Below are positions 1 through 13,715 of a DNA stretch of 64,000 nt, piece by piece. This DNA is from Antedon mediterranea (lineage: Eukaryota; Animalia; Echinodermata). The notes under the pieces were generated by a model. That model was not told where the DNA came from and did not search any database. It saw only the letters and a program-made list of their open reading frames with translations. How positions within the stretch are numbered: position 1 is the first letter of the stretch; each line of letters opens with the position of its first letter. The position numbers and the translations under genes were made by a program. Location of the stretch: the NCBI RefSeq assembly GCF_964355755.1, contig NC_092673.1:5332001-5396000 (forward strand), in the 5' to 3' direction.

Positions 1-770
1 TGAATTTATTTTACTGCTGCGTATTTATCATGCATTACGGTATAAAATAATAGTAGCGATTAGTGTGCTATATTGTGTACAAAATGTTTTCTCAAATACG
101 ACGAAGGAAACGTTTGAAGTCGCATCATAACCAAGGGACTGAAACAGAAGATCCAACACGACAAAAATCAATTTGAAATTGACAAGCGGCCTCGTTGTGT
201 AAACAGAAACTCATTAAAATGATTACCAATTAAACTAGTTTAAGCCGTCGTTACATCAAAGAATAATTTCAAACCCGAATTTCACATAAAGTTTTATCTG
301 GTTGTTTTAGATAGTCTGAAATTGAAATGTTTTTTGCATTTTTTCTCAACAATGTTTTTTTTTTATTTCTTTTTCTCTTAATTTCTGTTTCTTATGAATA
401 ATTTAAATCATCTCATCCGACACAGAATATTTTCTTATTTCTGCATCTAATTTATTTACAGTTATTACTTATATTGTATTGCATAATGAACAACAAATAG
501 TGGTCAACTGATAGCTAAGGGATCAAACTAGTTCTTGGCTAGGTTGTTTACAAACTGATTTCAGTCATTAGTTATCACTGTTCATAAGATACAGTAGTTT
601 GAAATTTGTCTTTAAAATACTTATCGATCTAGTACCGTGTACAGTATTTGTTTTTGTTTTTTAACAAATACAGAATTAATGCCAACTTTATTCACATCAT
701 ACATAAATAGTACAATATGTATGTGAAAAGGAGCCAAACAAGTGTTATTGTGTACAGTATGTATAATAAG

Positions 771-794
771 CATGGAGAAACTTATTTCTCCATG
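771..794. other. 24-bp palindrome (CATGGAGAAA-ctta-TTTCTCCATG), possible P-superfamily footprint or mini-MITE
   Basis: 10-bp perfect inverted arms with CAT...ATG ends; imperfect 7-bp flanks taataag / gtataag. Confidence 0.35.
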
Positions 795-2361
795 GTATAA
801 GAGTTTCCCACCTTCTAATTTAGGCTAAGTTTGAATGCAATACTGGTAAATCCATGGTTAAAGCAAATATTATCTAACCCCTAATTTCATAACCAATCCC
901 CTTGTAATTACAACGATATCATAATTGAGAGACCTTGATTTTAAATGTTAAATTACAGTATATATATTTTTACCACATCATTATCATAAACATTAGTCAA
1001 AGCTTTGTCCTCCTCCTTCTCCATAGGGTATTCACAGATATGAAAAGCCTATAGCCTAGAGACAAGATAACAGACTATGATAATGTGTAGTCTATTCATT
1101 AATATCATTGTTTGGTATATCAAAGCATTTTTCCTCCATGATCAAAGCATGACTACAATGCTAAATTTATTTTCGCTTTATTGGTAATTACCTATATTGA
1201 TCCAAACGCCACTATAATCCAAGGCGACAAACCTAAATAATGTAGTTCTCATATTGGTCAATACTTTATAATAATAATACAATTGTAACACATGTGCATG
1301 GAAATATTGTACAATTCTGCAATCTACTTTTTAATATAATTTCTTTATAAAATAGTAATGTTTGGCTTATTATAAACAGTATCATCATAATTGGAAGTAC
1401 TGTAGTTACAAATGTTTACAGTTAGTTCTTACACTAGTAGTTAGTTGGAATTTATTTACAGAGTACAGTAGTCCTACATTATGTGCCAAGTAGCTAAACT
1501 TTACCATACAGTATTATTGTTACCTAAATTCCATTGTATTGTATTAAGTATAAATCTATGCGTGTTTAAATAACATTATGTAATTGTAAAAAGCATACTA
1601 AAAGTACAAGTCTGTCCATTACTCTTTTTTAATTAAAAAAAAATCTTGCTAGCATGACAACCGATGGTACACTCTTTTTATTTAGTTACCAAGTTGGTCG
1701 AAGAATTACTAAAATGTTAGGAAATACTCTAATCTCAGAATTAGATAATCTTTACCATATAAATAATAAAATATAAAGTTTGTGTGTTTTTTAATGCTTT
1801 ATTTTTATACAAAAATCTTGATTTTTTTCTCTCGTCCTTGACACATGATTGGATATTTTATATGGCCAAGAACATAAATTCTTCAGGGACTTTGGGAAGA
1901 AGAAAAATACATAAGGGAAAACTTGTATATAATGCTGTTTTGCAGACAAAGCCAATATTGCAATAGAAAAATCTGCTAATAATACATGATGTGAATGAAC
2001 TCTTCACCTTTTGCTTATACTAACAGTGTTTAGCCTAGGGTAAATCATGCTGTCTCAAGCACTACCATCAAGATTACCATTCCACATGCACTAAAAAGCC
2101 GACCAAAGTCAATTTTAAGGATAAATTTATTAAAGTGCTTTACATGCTGTTATAAAAGATTAAATTTAAGTCAAATAATGTTTTTTGATATATTTGATCA
2201 ATAATTCATTTAACTGAACTATTCAATGGCAATAATGTAAATTAAATATACATATGATGGCAAGCATTAATTAAATATTTAGGATAAAATGAAATCCATA
2301 GTAACTAAAATATATACTGTACTAGACCCTTTCACATTGAGTAAAACTCAAAGTAGTATAT

Positions 2362-3085
2362 AGTATGTGTGTAGGGGTGCGTTTTATAGTACAAGTGTGG
2401 TGGTGTGTTTTGTTTTGTAGTACGTGTGTAGGGGTGCGTTTTGTAGTACAAGTGTGGTGGTGTGTTTTGTTTTGTAGTACGTGTGTAGGGGTGCGTTTTG
2501 TAGTACAAGTGTGGTGGTGTGTTTTGTTTTGTAGTACGTGTGTAGGGGTGCGTTTTGTAGTACAAGTGTGGTGGTGTGTTTTGTTTTGTAGTACGTGTGT
2601 AGGGGTGCATTTTGTAGTACAATTGTGGTGGTGTGTCTTGTTTTGTAGTATGTGTGTAGGGGTGCGTTTTGTAGTACAAGTGTGGTGGTGTGTTTTGTTT
2701 TGTAGTACGTGTGTAGGGGTGCGTTTTGTAGTACAAGTGTGGTGGTGTGTTTTGTTTTGTAGCATGCGTGTAGGGGTGCGTTTTGTTTGTAGTATTGGTG
2801 TGGGGCTTTGGTTTGTATTGTACTACGCGTGTGTGGGGGCGTTTTGTAGCATGTGTGTGTGTAGGGGTGCGTTTTATAGCATGTGTGTAGGGGTGCGTTT
2901 TGTAGTACGTGTGTAGGGGTGCGTTTTGTAGCACGTGTGTAGGGATGCGTTTTGTAGCACGTGTGTAGGGATGCGTTTTGTAGCACGTGTGTAGGGTGCG
3001 TTTTGTAGTATGTGTGTGGGGGTTTGTTTTGTATTGTAGTACGTGTGTGGGGTGCGTTTTATAGTACGTGTGTTGGTGGGGGTGT
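2362..3085. repeat. GT-rich minisatellite: about 7 copies of a 57-bp unit, then degenerate 26-bp units
   Basis: Unit gtacgtgtgtaggggtgcgttttgtagtacaagtgtggtggtgtgttttgttttgta; explains the four overlapping 19-aa-periodic ORFs. Confidence 0.95.
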
Positions 3086-3231
3086 GTGTAAACTCGAGAG
3101 GTTGAAATGGGTATTAATATAGAGGTTCATTCTCACTGTATATACCCACTGTGTAAGTACTTTTAATGTGATGTGGATGTACAAATCTACAACTAGTCCA
3201 ACAGGTTACCACCAAGGGAAAAATTCTGTAA

Positions 3232-3410
3232 AGCGTGGTTCCCACTAGCGACACAACACAACGACGTAACGCAACGCAAGTGAATTGACCAATCACAAGC
3301 GATGGTTTATTCGTTTGTGATTGCTAACTGTCTATAACTTTGCTTGTCATTGGTTAAAACGCTTGCGTTGCGTTTACGTCCTTGCGTTACGTTCTAGTGG
3401 GAACCAAGCT
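3232..3410. mobile_element. Tourist/PIF-Harbinger-like MITE, family A
   Basis: TIR agcgtggttcccactag / ctagtgggaaccaagct; TAA on both sides (3229-3231, 3411-3413); further copies at 25135-25197 and 26231-26930. Confidence 0.85.
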
Positions 3411-5523
3411 TAAGTAATGAAATTTTTCCCACTGAGAAATAATTTTTTGTTTTTTATTTATCTTTATTGTTAAGGTGTAGTGTCATTGAACTGAATAGAG
3501 ATTTTAAGTAATAAATTCGCAGAAGCTTATGGAATTATTATGTCGGGAGAAAATCAAGCTAGCCAGTATGTTAACAAAAGGTTCAATTCAAACCACTACA
3601 CATCAACCACAATGGATAATTCTTCCTTTCTTTCGCTACAACAATCATAATACAAGAATCCATGCATACACTTGTTCTTGTTCAGTGAACAATATTGTAT
3701 AGTAATACATCCAAACTACAGGTATTTGATGATGCTATTCTGTACACAATTGGCAATTCTGTTGCATTGAATAGTAATCAATGGATGTATGAAAATAGAT
3801 AAAACAAGAAAGCTAAAAAAGAGATTTACCAATTTTTTCCCATCTTTCCCGTTTATCAAAAGAAGTTTTAACAGATTTATTTTCCACAACGAATCATTGT
3901 TTTGAGAAAAAGCATCATAATTTTTTGGTTAATAATAATAATATTTATTCAGCAAAAGTTCTTAAAAGTACGTTTTACATTTCATCTTGCCAGGAGCAAG
4001 TAATAGGCCATTAAGAAACTTATTTGTACTTGTACTAATACTTAAAAGTATGAACCTCAATATTTTTCAATTATAAATTGTTTATACTGTATGAGGCAGA
4101 GAACAGTACTGTTGCCTTCAACATCATTAATGTTTGGGTACAAATACTGTACAGTATATGTAATAAACTCACATTCTAAAATTTCAATATAAATTCAAAA
4201 TCATGGAAATGTACTAAATTCTAAATAAAATAATTATAAAAGGTTTGATTTACTGTTTATTCTTTCTTACAAATTCTTCTAAAAATATTCTAAAGCACAT
4301 GTAATAAAACCTTATGTTAATAAAACAATGTTAAAAAAGTGGGTATTTATAGAATTACATAGTTACTATATGGTTAAATAATCTTCACATTAATGTAATG
4401 ATAAATAATAATACATTACCAGTTGGCATATCTTTAAACACGACTTAAAGATATTAAATTAAAATTCTATTTTTTTCTATGCCAAGTGTTGTTTTGGTTT
4501 TGTTTGTTAATTGAACGTGTCTCCCTATGCGTGTTATCAAATTATGCATCGAAATAGGCAGGTTTCCTATCTTGTTATTTTACATCTTTGGTAACAATTA
4601 TAATAAACATTTATTCTTATAAGTTATAAATATCCTATATAATTGAAATGGTTTATCATGTCAAACTAAAGAATGACCTGCATTGTGAAATAACAAAGAG
4701 GGAAAAAAACATTATAATACTGTACAATAAATAATTCAACAACAAGTTAATCCCTTATTATAACTAAATGTGATTCTGTATAAATTATCATTTACTACAG
4801 CAGCTTCAGGTATTATTACCTATTTTTAGTATTATGAGCAACTGTCAGAATAACTGGATAAACTACATTGATGTACAGTTATATGACTCAAGGCAGGGAT
4901 CATCTCAACAAACTTCACAACTCTGCTAATTACTGTCATGGTCAACAACACACTTTCATTATAGCAAAATCATTGTTTATAATTTCAACCTATTCTTTAT
5001 TTTCATTAAAAATGACAATGATGAATGATGAATTAATTCTTTTTATATTATTATTTGTTAAAATAAAAGTAGATAATGTAGTTATAAAATAAATGAATTT
5101 TAAGTCACATTATAGTTGTAATATCATTTTTCATTTTCTTACTGTTTTCTTTTTTTTCTTTATCGATAGAGACTGTATCTAAACGTGAATAAAAACAGGT
5201 TTTATTTATTTTTTTATACTCTATATAAAAAAACAAATATTATATGTCACACTTAATAATCACTTTTTTTCATTCATTGTTTGTTAAGATAAAACCACAC
5301 AACAAGCTACTCAGCACATTAGGTGGTACACCACAGAAGAATGACCAAAAAAATCTGAATTATAAACAACAGAAAATATTATAGAAAGGCTAAGGTTCAT
5401 TCACCCCCATCGCTGAAGGAACTCTGCCTGAACTTTGTATTCAAAGGTAAAAAAAACAGATCATAGTTGGAGATTTTTAGATAATATACCTACAGTAATA
5501 AAATATTTCATGATGTTGGACTG

Positions 5524-5685
5524 CTTCGTCTACACTATCAAACTTCATGTGACAAAACAATGTGATCTGCCCATATACGGACATGATGATATCATATCAC
5601 TACCATATTTGAGCATATCACCACCATATTTGGACTCGTCACACTTTTTTTTGTCAAACTAGTTTAATAGTGTAGACAGATCTTT
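5524..5685. mobile_element. Tourist/Harbinger-like MITE, family B
   Basis: Degenerate TIR gtctacactatcaaact / agtttaatagtgtagacaga; internal catatcactaccatatttgggc motif shared with copies at 8061, 27255, 29192 and 61255. Confidence 0.75.
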
Positions 5686-7203
5686 AGTAAAGACGGCAAG
5701 ATTTCATTAAAACAAATTGGCTTTTTGCTGTTGAAGTATTTTTTATAAAGTACTGCATTTTCGATGTGCATATATTGTATACATTGTAACCAGTATTTAC
5801 CGAAAATCATGTTAAAATTGATAATTTATTGCAATAACCTGAATGTTAATCTTGTCGAAAAAAGTATGTGATACAAAAGAGTCAGAGAAAAATAAATGAA
5901 TGCCTCAACTTAAAATTTTCAACATTTTATTTATACAAATAAAATGCTGCAATTGAGTCATTTATTTTATCTATAAGTTCAATCAAAATTTCTGAAAATT
6001 GAACAATTTGAGTTTCAGCCAAACGAATTGAAAAACTAGAACATTAATAGAAACTTTGAAATTGATGGAAACATTTCTAATGTTATACATGTATCAAAAG
6101 GAGAATAAAATGGAGACAGACTACATTGAATTAAGAAGAATAACCCATCTTTTACAAGATACATTGATTTTAAATTAAACTTATTACTACTAGCCTTTTA
6201 AATATGGCAAAAAAATGCCTTAAACATTCTCCTTTTAACGTTGCTTTCAGGAACAAAAAATATATTCATTTACTTTGCAATCTGTAGGTCAGGAGTCTGT
6301 CCTATATAAATGCACAATCCAGCAAAAGCCTAGTAGTATACTATATAATTTATTTGGAAGCTACACTTTTGAAACAGTGGCACACTTCTTGAATGAAGGT
6401 GCGCCCAGAGTAAGTAAAATAAAAGGGTTTTTTTTAAATGATTTAATAGGCCTACTTACAAGGAAACAATTATGTACAACTATTGCTAGAATTAGAAATT
6501 TTTATTAATTAATAACGGTTTGTTTTCATTAATTAATAATGGTCCATAATAAGAGAGCTAGTTATTAATCAATCAGTAGAATATTGCCACTAGGTAAACA
6601 GACTTTAAAATCAATAAATTAATTAACCATCACAAATCCAGAATTTGCAACAATAGTAAAAATGATGGCACTCCATACAAACAGGTGGATGTAATATTGA
6701 AAAACTGTATTAAAAAATAAAATAGGAGTAAACACAAATTAGTTTGCTGTCATATGACATTGCATACAAACTATGTACAGTAGTAAGTGACCTACATATA
6801 TTCTGAACTGAGTGCTTATCATTAAAATGTTTATTGCTTTATTATTGTTTATTGTAAGTAAAGTAGAAACATTAAAACAAAATGTACATTTAGAAAAATT
6901 ATTATTACATCTACTATGCCATTGATGAAAAAAAAAATTACTTTAGGTATGTGATTATTTTGGTGAACATACTGTATGGTACCTGTACCCAAGGACCATG
7001 AAGTAACCAGGGAGATGTAACCTATTATACATTAATCTGTAACCGCCATAGGCAGCGTTATGTATACCCACATCCATACATAGATTTAAAATATATATTT
7101 TTTCTGCATCAAAACAGGTCAAATGTCAAAAATATTTAGTTTTTTTTAATCTTTAGTACAATATTCATATTGAAGTAGGTAGAAGCCTTTCTTTCAATCA
7201 TTG

Positions 7204-7445
7204 TTCAGGGTGTACTTTCCTATGAAGGGGAATGTCTCAACACTACGGCCAACCTCTATTCAAGGGACACTCATATTCAGGGTGTACTTTCCCATGAAGG
7301 AGAATGTCTCAATACTACGGCCAACCTTTATTCAAGTGACACTCATATTCAGGGTGTACTTTCCCATGAAGGGGAATGTCTCAACACTACGGCCAACCTC
7401 TATTCAAGCGACCCTCATATTCAGGGGACACTCATATTCAGGGGA
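7204..7445. repeat. Tandem repeat, 72-bp unit, about 3.3 copies
   Basis: ttcagggtgtactttcc recurs at 7204, 7276, 7348 (partial at 7420); gives the 24-aa periodicity of ORF 7201..7458. Confidence 0.9.
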
Positions 7446-8060
7446 AAATTTCCCATAGGGATTCTACTAAGTATTGTTTTTACTTAACTTAGAGAGGACA
7501 ATGAAAATTGTACTGTACAAAAATTCACACAAATAGCAATCACATTATTGCTATTATTTCCTTGACAGTCAACATGAAACTATGTCAATCAATTTCTGGA
7601 TTCTAAATTGAGGTAATAAACTGTGTTATTAGTTTCAGAACCACTCTAACTATGCTCTCAATGAATAACGAACATTGACATAAAAGGATAATTGGAATTT
7701 TTGTATAAACTTAATATTTTATCGTTTTATCCTTCAGATTATGTTGGTTTATCGAGGTAAGCTAGGCACAAAATGGAAAATTGACAGTAAACTTTAACCA
7801 TGCAAATTATTAGCTCAATAAAAATGTCCAAAATTAATTTTTTTTCGATTCATACTTTATAAGTTACGAAAGCAATACATGTTATCAAACAGTAGAAAAA
7901 CAAGCTGAGTTTATGAAATTTATTTTTTTTTAATTTTACAAATTTTAATGAAACTGTTAACATAACTATTGGTGATGTCATGTCATCTATAATTTAATTT
8001 ACATACAGAAAAAATTAAGAATACAATTTAATCTATTGTAAGATATTCATATTGACGTAA

Positions 8061-8361
8061 AGCTCTGTCCACACTATCAAACTAGTTAACAAAAAAAGGG
8101 TGATGTAGCCAAATATGGTAGTGATATGACATCATCCTGTCCATAGGACAGAGATTTAAGTATAAGTTTAACTAATTATTTTTACTAAATAAAATGATAT
8201 AGAAAGCGTTGCCTACACTAATCTTGATCAAATTTTATGCGACAAAAATGTACATAATGATGTCATATCAATACCATATTTGGGCATATGACTACTATAA
8301 TATTTGGGCACATCAAACTTTTTTTTTGTCAAACTAGTTTGATGATAGTGTAGATAGAGCT
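8061..8361. mobile_element. Family B MITE, one partial and one near-complete copy
   Basis: agctctgtccacactatcaaact at 8061; tagtgtagatagagct ending at 8361; TAA/TTA flanks. Confidence 0.7.
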
Positions 8362-9172
8362 TTAGAAGTATTATCTACCATTTAAGAATGTAAACGCCAG
8401 GATATTAATTACTTGATACTCATTTACAGTACTTGCTGTTGGCAGTCTTTGTCTAGTAGTTATGGAAACTTTCTCAATTTAAAATTCTAACCTACAATAT
8501 CTCAAATAACAAATTTGACCTCATATTAATAGTATGCATGCTAAGTTGGTTTAATAATGTAATAACCAGAATATAGTTGATCACAACCTTGAACCTTTTA
8601 AGCTGCCATCTTAACACTTCCCTCAGCAGACTAAATTCTAACCTCCAAGGCATCAATATAGTATTAATAGCTATATTCAACCATTACTATTTTCATAAGT
8701 GAGGCCTAGAAATTGTTAACAATATACTGCCTATGAAGTTTTAACGTATAATCAATATTAAGCCTAGACCTACAGTCTCTTATTAATAAAGTGTATCGTA
8801 GACGTTGTTTAGTTCCGCACGCCATCGCATCAATTTATGAAAATGAAAATCAAATTTGCATTGAACGTTTGGCTAGCAACAATCTGTCAGCAGCCACTAG
8901 TTTGCACTTGTTTAATCTTCTCACCTGGGTAGATTAAATTCAGATATTTCACACATGATAGGACACCAATATAACACATACCTGTCTAAACATTCTGTTC
9001 TTTGTTCTTTGTTTTTCTGCCGTTGGATTTTTTTTTTGTCAAGAGCGTAGTTCTTATTCGTTGATTTATTTACAAATTAATAACAAACATAAACAAATAA
9101 GTGTGTATCGGCTAAGTTTATTGAGGATATTTTTTTATTTTTTAGTCTATATTATTCTCTATTTGTATTTAA

Positions 9173-9524
9173 AGATGTATTGTCCCTCAAAAACATGAAA
9201 AATAAAGATTAATTAAATCAGACTTTGAATAGTTTATTTTGTAGTTTTAATAAAGTTAATCAGTTATGTAGAAAAAAAAACCATGAAGAAAAATGCTTTC
9301 ACTTATAAAATAACATGATAAATGGTTAAATTCAACCAAAAATCCATTGGCTGGCAGTGGCAGCCAATTTGACAATTTTTTGCTTTAAATTACAGTTTTT
9401 TCAGGTAAATAAAGTTTGTTTCGATCTAATTTTTGGTCAAAGTGGATAACTATTATGTGAAATTAAAATTGCATATTCAACAAAAAAAAATTAAAAAATT
9501 ATTTTTCAGGGGGACAATACATCT
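9173..9524. mobile_element. Non-autonomous TTAA-targeting DNA transposon (Kolobok-like), family C
   Basis: TIR agatgtattgtccc / gggacaatacatct; TTAA at 9169-9172 and 9525-9528; AG...CT termini; inverted copies at 45602 and 59325. Confidence 0.85.
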
Positions 9525-12502
9525 TTAAGAAATAAATTAATACTTTTCTTGAATACCATAATAAAATAGTATATATACAGTACCCATTTTGTATGTATAC
9601 TTTTAAACTTTTTTTTAAAGTAACTAAGAGTACTAGGAACTGTAGTAGACTTCTAGCACTTAGCAACAAATTTTAGCTGTACCCTATTTACACAATAATG
9701 TACTTACTACTATTAGGCTCCTGTAGCTTTATAAAGTACATTACATTTCCTGATAAATTTACAAATTATGGCTACAAAGGAAACAAAGCTTGGATGGCAA
9801 AAAGGTGTAGTGACAAAAGTTTTGGTTCAAAAATCTTTAAACAATACATTCTGAATATTAAATAAAGGCTTTTAGGGTGGGGACATAAAGTGGAATTGAA
9901 ATGTTGACGCCACCCATCCTTGAATCAAAGACCAAAATGAACAAAAAATGTTATACGGCCTCGTGGAAGAACACCTTTCTGGTGAACAAGGTCTAAGGTT
10001 CAACATTGCAAAAATAAAGATTTTATTATCATGACTTTTTATATCAGCAGTGGCAGGCAATCAATATTTGGAGAAAAACCTGTACTAAAATAACTAATTA
10101 TTTTGTTTATATTAAATGCAACCTTAATAATAGTACTTTCATGATAAATTAAAATGTATACTATTATTACTAAAATGGAAATGCTAAGGGTTCCATGACA
10201 ACAAATCAAGTGACAGCTTATTATAACAATGTACTTGAATCAAAATAATAAATGGCATTGTCTTGTGTACAGTGCTGTACAAAGTACACTGTACAATAAC
10301 TGACCTTACTCGTAGTAATCTTGATGTCGCTATGTAACCAATTGATTCTTTTTCAACCCAATGATCAATTTGGTTAATAATTCACCAAAGACAATAGCTA
10401 GACAGGTAGCCTAGAGTAAAATCGGAGGTCAGCCAGTGTAGAATATTTCTCAAAAAAGAGAATCAACAACAATCAAAATACTGAGTTTTAAAAGGTCAAT
10501 GATGATGAAAATATTTATTTATTACTTCCCTCTCTTGCAGATATAAATTATTGCATCTTTTTTTGGGGGACAGGGAAAGTATTTCAGAATAATTTATTAA
10601 TCATACAGTACATCTAAATTTAGTATATCATTTTAGGTTTATGTATTAATTAATGTCACTGTTCTGTTATCAATTGCAAAATCCTAATGACACATGAACA
10701 CAAGTGTAGTCTGGGGAAAATCCTAACCTACAGTAATACATAAATAACATAATCCCTATACTAGTATAGTAAGTATACAATTGTATTACTATACTATATT
10801 ACTATACTAATTATAACAATTTAAATTGAAAATGAGAAAACTATCACTAATTTATAAATATATACAATAACGATACTAGAGTACGGTACTATTATTAACA
10901 GAAATGGCATCAGATGTTGCATTAATAGATAATCATAAGTATTTTCAATACAAAGAACCTTGGAATCACATTATTATTAGGAGTGCTGTATATAGAGAAA
11001 TACAGCAAACACAGAATTATTTTTATGAAGATGATGACAACAGCTGGGACTCATGATGGCTAATAATGTCTCCCAAGGCTAAACCTTTGTCACAATCATA
11101 TAGCACACAGAGGTCATGTCATAAATTGACCACTCATGTTCATACCATGTATAGCAGAAGATGCAGTCAATGAGCCAAGCCTTATTATAAACAATCTTGA
11201 AATAATCTTTCCATGTTTAGCACAAGCTACTGCCTATGTAACTAAAAAGTCAAAGGGCCAAAAGAGGACACAGCAAACAGTTAATAGTTCCAAAAACTTC
11301 ATCCACAGTCTACCAGCAATATTTTTCCCCCCGAGAACTACAAAATTAGAACATGGAATACCCTATTGCAGTCTATTGTTAACGTAAATAAACATGAAAA
11401 ACTTTAAAGAAGATTTTAGCAAGCACCTTGTCCAAACCAATTAAACAGCACCACCACTTCACGGAGACCTCCTAGTTAATTTCCCTCGTGGAAGATTCAG
11501 GAGAAAACAAACCAAGTACCTAGTAACCTACCAATCTGCAATATCTTCTAAATATAGACATCTCATGTATCAATATAAATATGTATTATAATTCTCTGAA
11601 AACAAATAAAATCATCTGTAATGTTGTTTCTATTTTTCTGAGCTTTTTTCAGGGCATGTTTTTATTCCACTGGGAGACGGTATAAAGCCAGTTAATCTTA
11701 AAAGCTTTCTCTCCAACAACCTGATTTCAAACTAGTCGTAACTCCTTTAAGGGTCATTCCATCTCAGTTCACCCAAAAAAAATGGAATTTTAAACCCTAC
11801 CTCTTCCAATTTTGATGAAATTTGGTATATGGGTGATTCATAGCAATTAAAGCCAAAATTTCAAATTTTAACTTTATCGGACCAACGGTTTTCGAGATAT
11901 CGCAATTTCAATTTTCGGTTTTTACGCAAAAAAGCGCGCGGCCGCTACGTTTCAAAGAGCTGTATCTCGGGAACTATAGGTTCGATTTTAAAAACAAAGG
12001 TATTTTTGTAAAGGGGAGACCATAAGGAACCTAAATATACTAATTGTGTGTGTTTTATGTTAATTTTAAGTTGAATAAAACTTTGACATATATTTTGACC
12101 TTGAAATTGACCCCGTGGAACACGCCCGATTTGTTGGTGACTATCACGAAAAATGTAGCCCTACGTGTCAACTACAACATATAAAAAAATTGGAGGGGTT
12201 TTTTGGTTTGTTTCCATGAAATTACAATTTGAAGTTGACATACCTCTTCCTTTTAGTGTATTTTTGGTGTTGTTATACTTTATACACAGTGTGAACACTA
12301 ACTGTTAAGGTGTCTTATTGTTACGCTTTCTCATCAGGCCCACTTAAACAGTAGATATATTTTGATATGAGAAATACTGGGTAACTCACATACTTTTCAA
12401 ATCAATTTTGACACATAGTTTAGTGTCCTTACTATGTTATTATGCACATTAACATATGCATAATAAGTGATTGCAGAGAACATACAACAGTTAACTGTAT
12501 AG

Positions 12503-13715
12503 GTCTTTTTAAAGGTTGTCATCCCCTATATAAAAACAAAACTACCAACCATGAAAAAAGTTCATTATTTCACAGATGGATGTGGCGGCCAATACAAAAA
12601 CAAATATAACTTTATTAACCTTTGCCACCACCAGGAAGATTTTGGTTTAGACGCCGAGTGGAATTTTTTCGCTACATCACATGGCAAGAGTGCGTTTGAT
12701 GGCATAGGTGGAACAGTTAAGAGGCTTGTCACTAAGAGAAGCTTACAGCGTTTGACTGAATGTCATATTATCACATCTCTCAGTATGTTCGACTACTGTG
12801 TAATTTTTTATTTTTATTTTATGTCTTTAGGCAATGTGGCCAAGGATTATCAATGGTGAATTAATCACTGTCCTATCAGATAGGTGGTAATCCCCCTGAT
12901 ACAGGGGCTATTGTGTGAACCAGTTCACCGGGGTAACCCCCTACTCTTTTTCGAATAATGAACTGGGTTCTTTAAAGTACACACATGTTATAACTGTGTA
13001 CACTGGACCTACGGTTTATAGTCCTTATCCGAGAAGACTTGTTCCACCACCAGAACGGAGCGAGTCGGCCTCGAACCCTTGCCGATGTTGTTGTTGGCTC
13101 TTTTAGGTACGGTAAACGGCGCCCCTGCCTTAACCGCTCGGCCATATGACTCGCTCATATGGACATTCCAGGCATCAACTTTTTTCATGTGGGAATAGAT
13201 GAGGTATCTACTGTGGAAAAAGAAATAAAGCCGAGATTCAACCTCGCCCAGACCATCAAGGGTACATTACAATATCATCGCTTTGTTCCCGTTTCTCTGG
13301 CACAGATGCAGGTCTACAAAGTACCCAGATAAACCCTCCGGATGTGGTAGTGATTCAAGAATCTTTCAGTGATGAAAATGAAATTGTTGCTGATACACAA
13401 CCCACCATTATTAGAATTCAGAATTTTGTGTGCTGTAGTTATGATGGTGTCCCATGGATTGGTTTGGTGGTGGATGTCTCACTCGCAGAAGAGTTTGGGG
13501 ATTTTCAAATTAAATTTATGCATCCTCATGGGTCAGCGAAAACCTTTTATTGGCCGTCCAAAGAAGACTGTTGTTGGATTCCTGAATCAAATGTACATTG
13601 TATTATAGCCTCTCCGTTTATAAAATCCGCTTCGACTAGGAATTACAGTATTTCCCAAAATGATCGCCACAACATTTCTAAATACTGTTTGAATTGTCCA
13701 GATGACAAGGAGTAA
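12503..13715 (+). pseudogene. Disrupted Sola2-type transposase, C-terminal half
   Basis: Motifs HYFTDGCGGQYKN and WNFFATSHGKSAFDGIGGTVKR (12503-12802, after an AG acceptor). Reading resumes after the SINE at 13159 (MDIPGINFF...GTLQYHRFVP). Frameshift near 13330, then CSYDGVPWIG...KFMHPHG...FYWP...DCCWI to the stop at 13715. Confidence 0.8.
12804..13156 (-). mobile_element. tRNA-headed SINE with a Deu/Nin-like core, nested in the Sola transposase
   Basis: Minus strand: A box TGGCCGAGCGG (13144-13134), B box GGTTCGAGGCC (13077-13067), core GGATAAGGACTATAAACCGTAGGTCC...AAAGAACCC...TCGAAAAAGAGTAGGGG..ACCCCGG, A-rich tail at 12804-12822. Confidence 0.8.

Noticed and set aside
2322-2986. Four long overlapping ORFs (147-200 aa)
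   Set aside because: Products of a stop-free 57-bp minisatellite; open on both strands with no domain.
7201-7458. 85-aa repetitive ORF
   Set aside because: Translation of a 72-bp tandem repeat.
13058-13156. Possible tRNA gene
   Set aside because: No convincing anticodon arm, and it continues into a SINE core and A tail.
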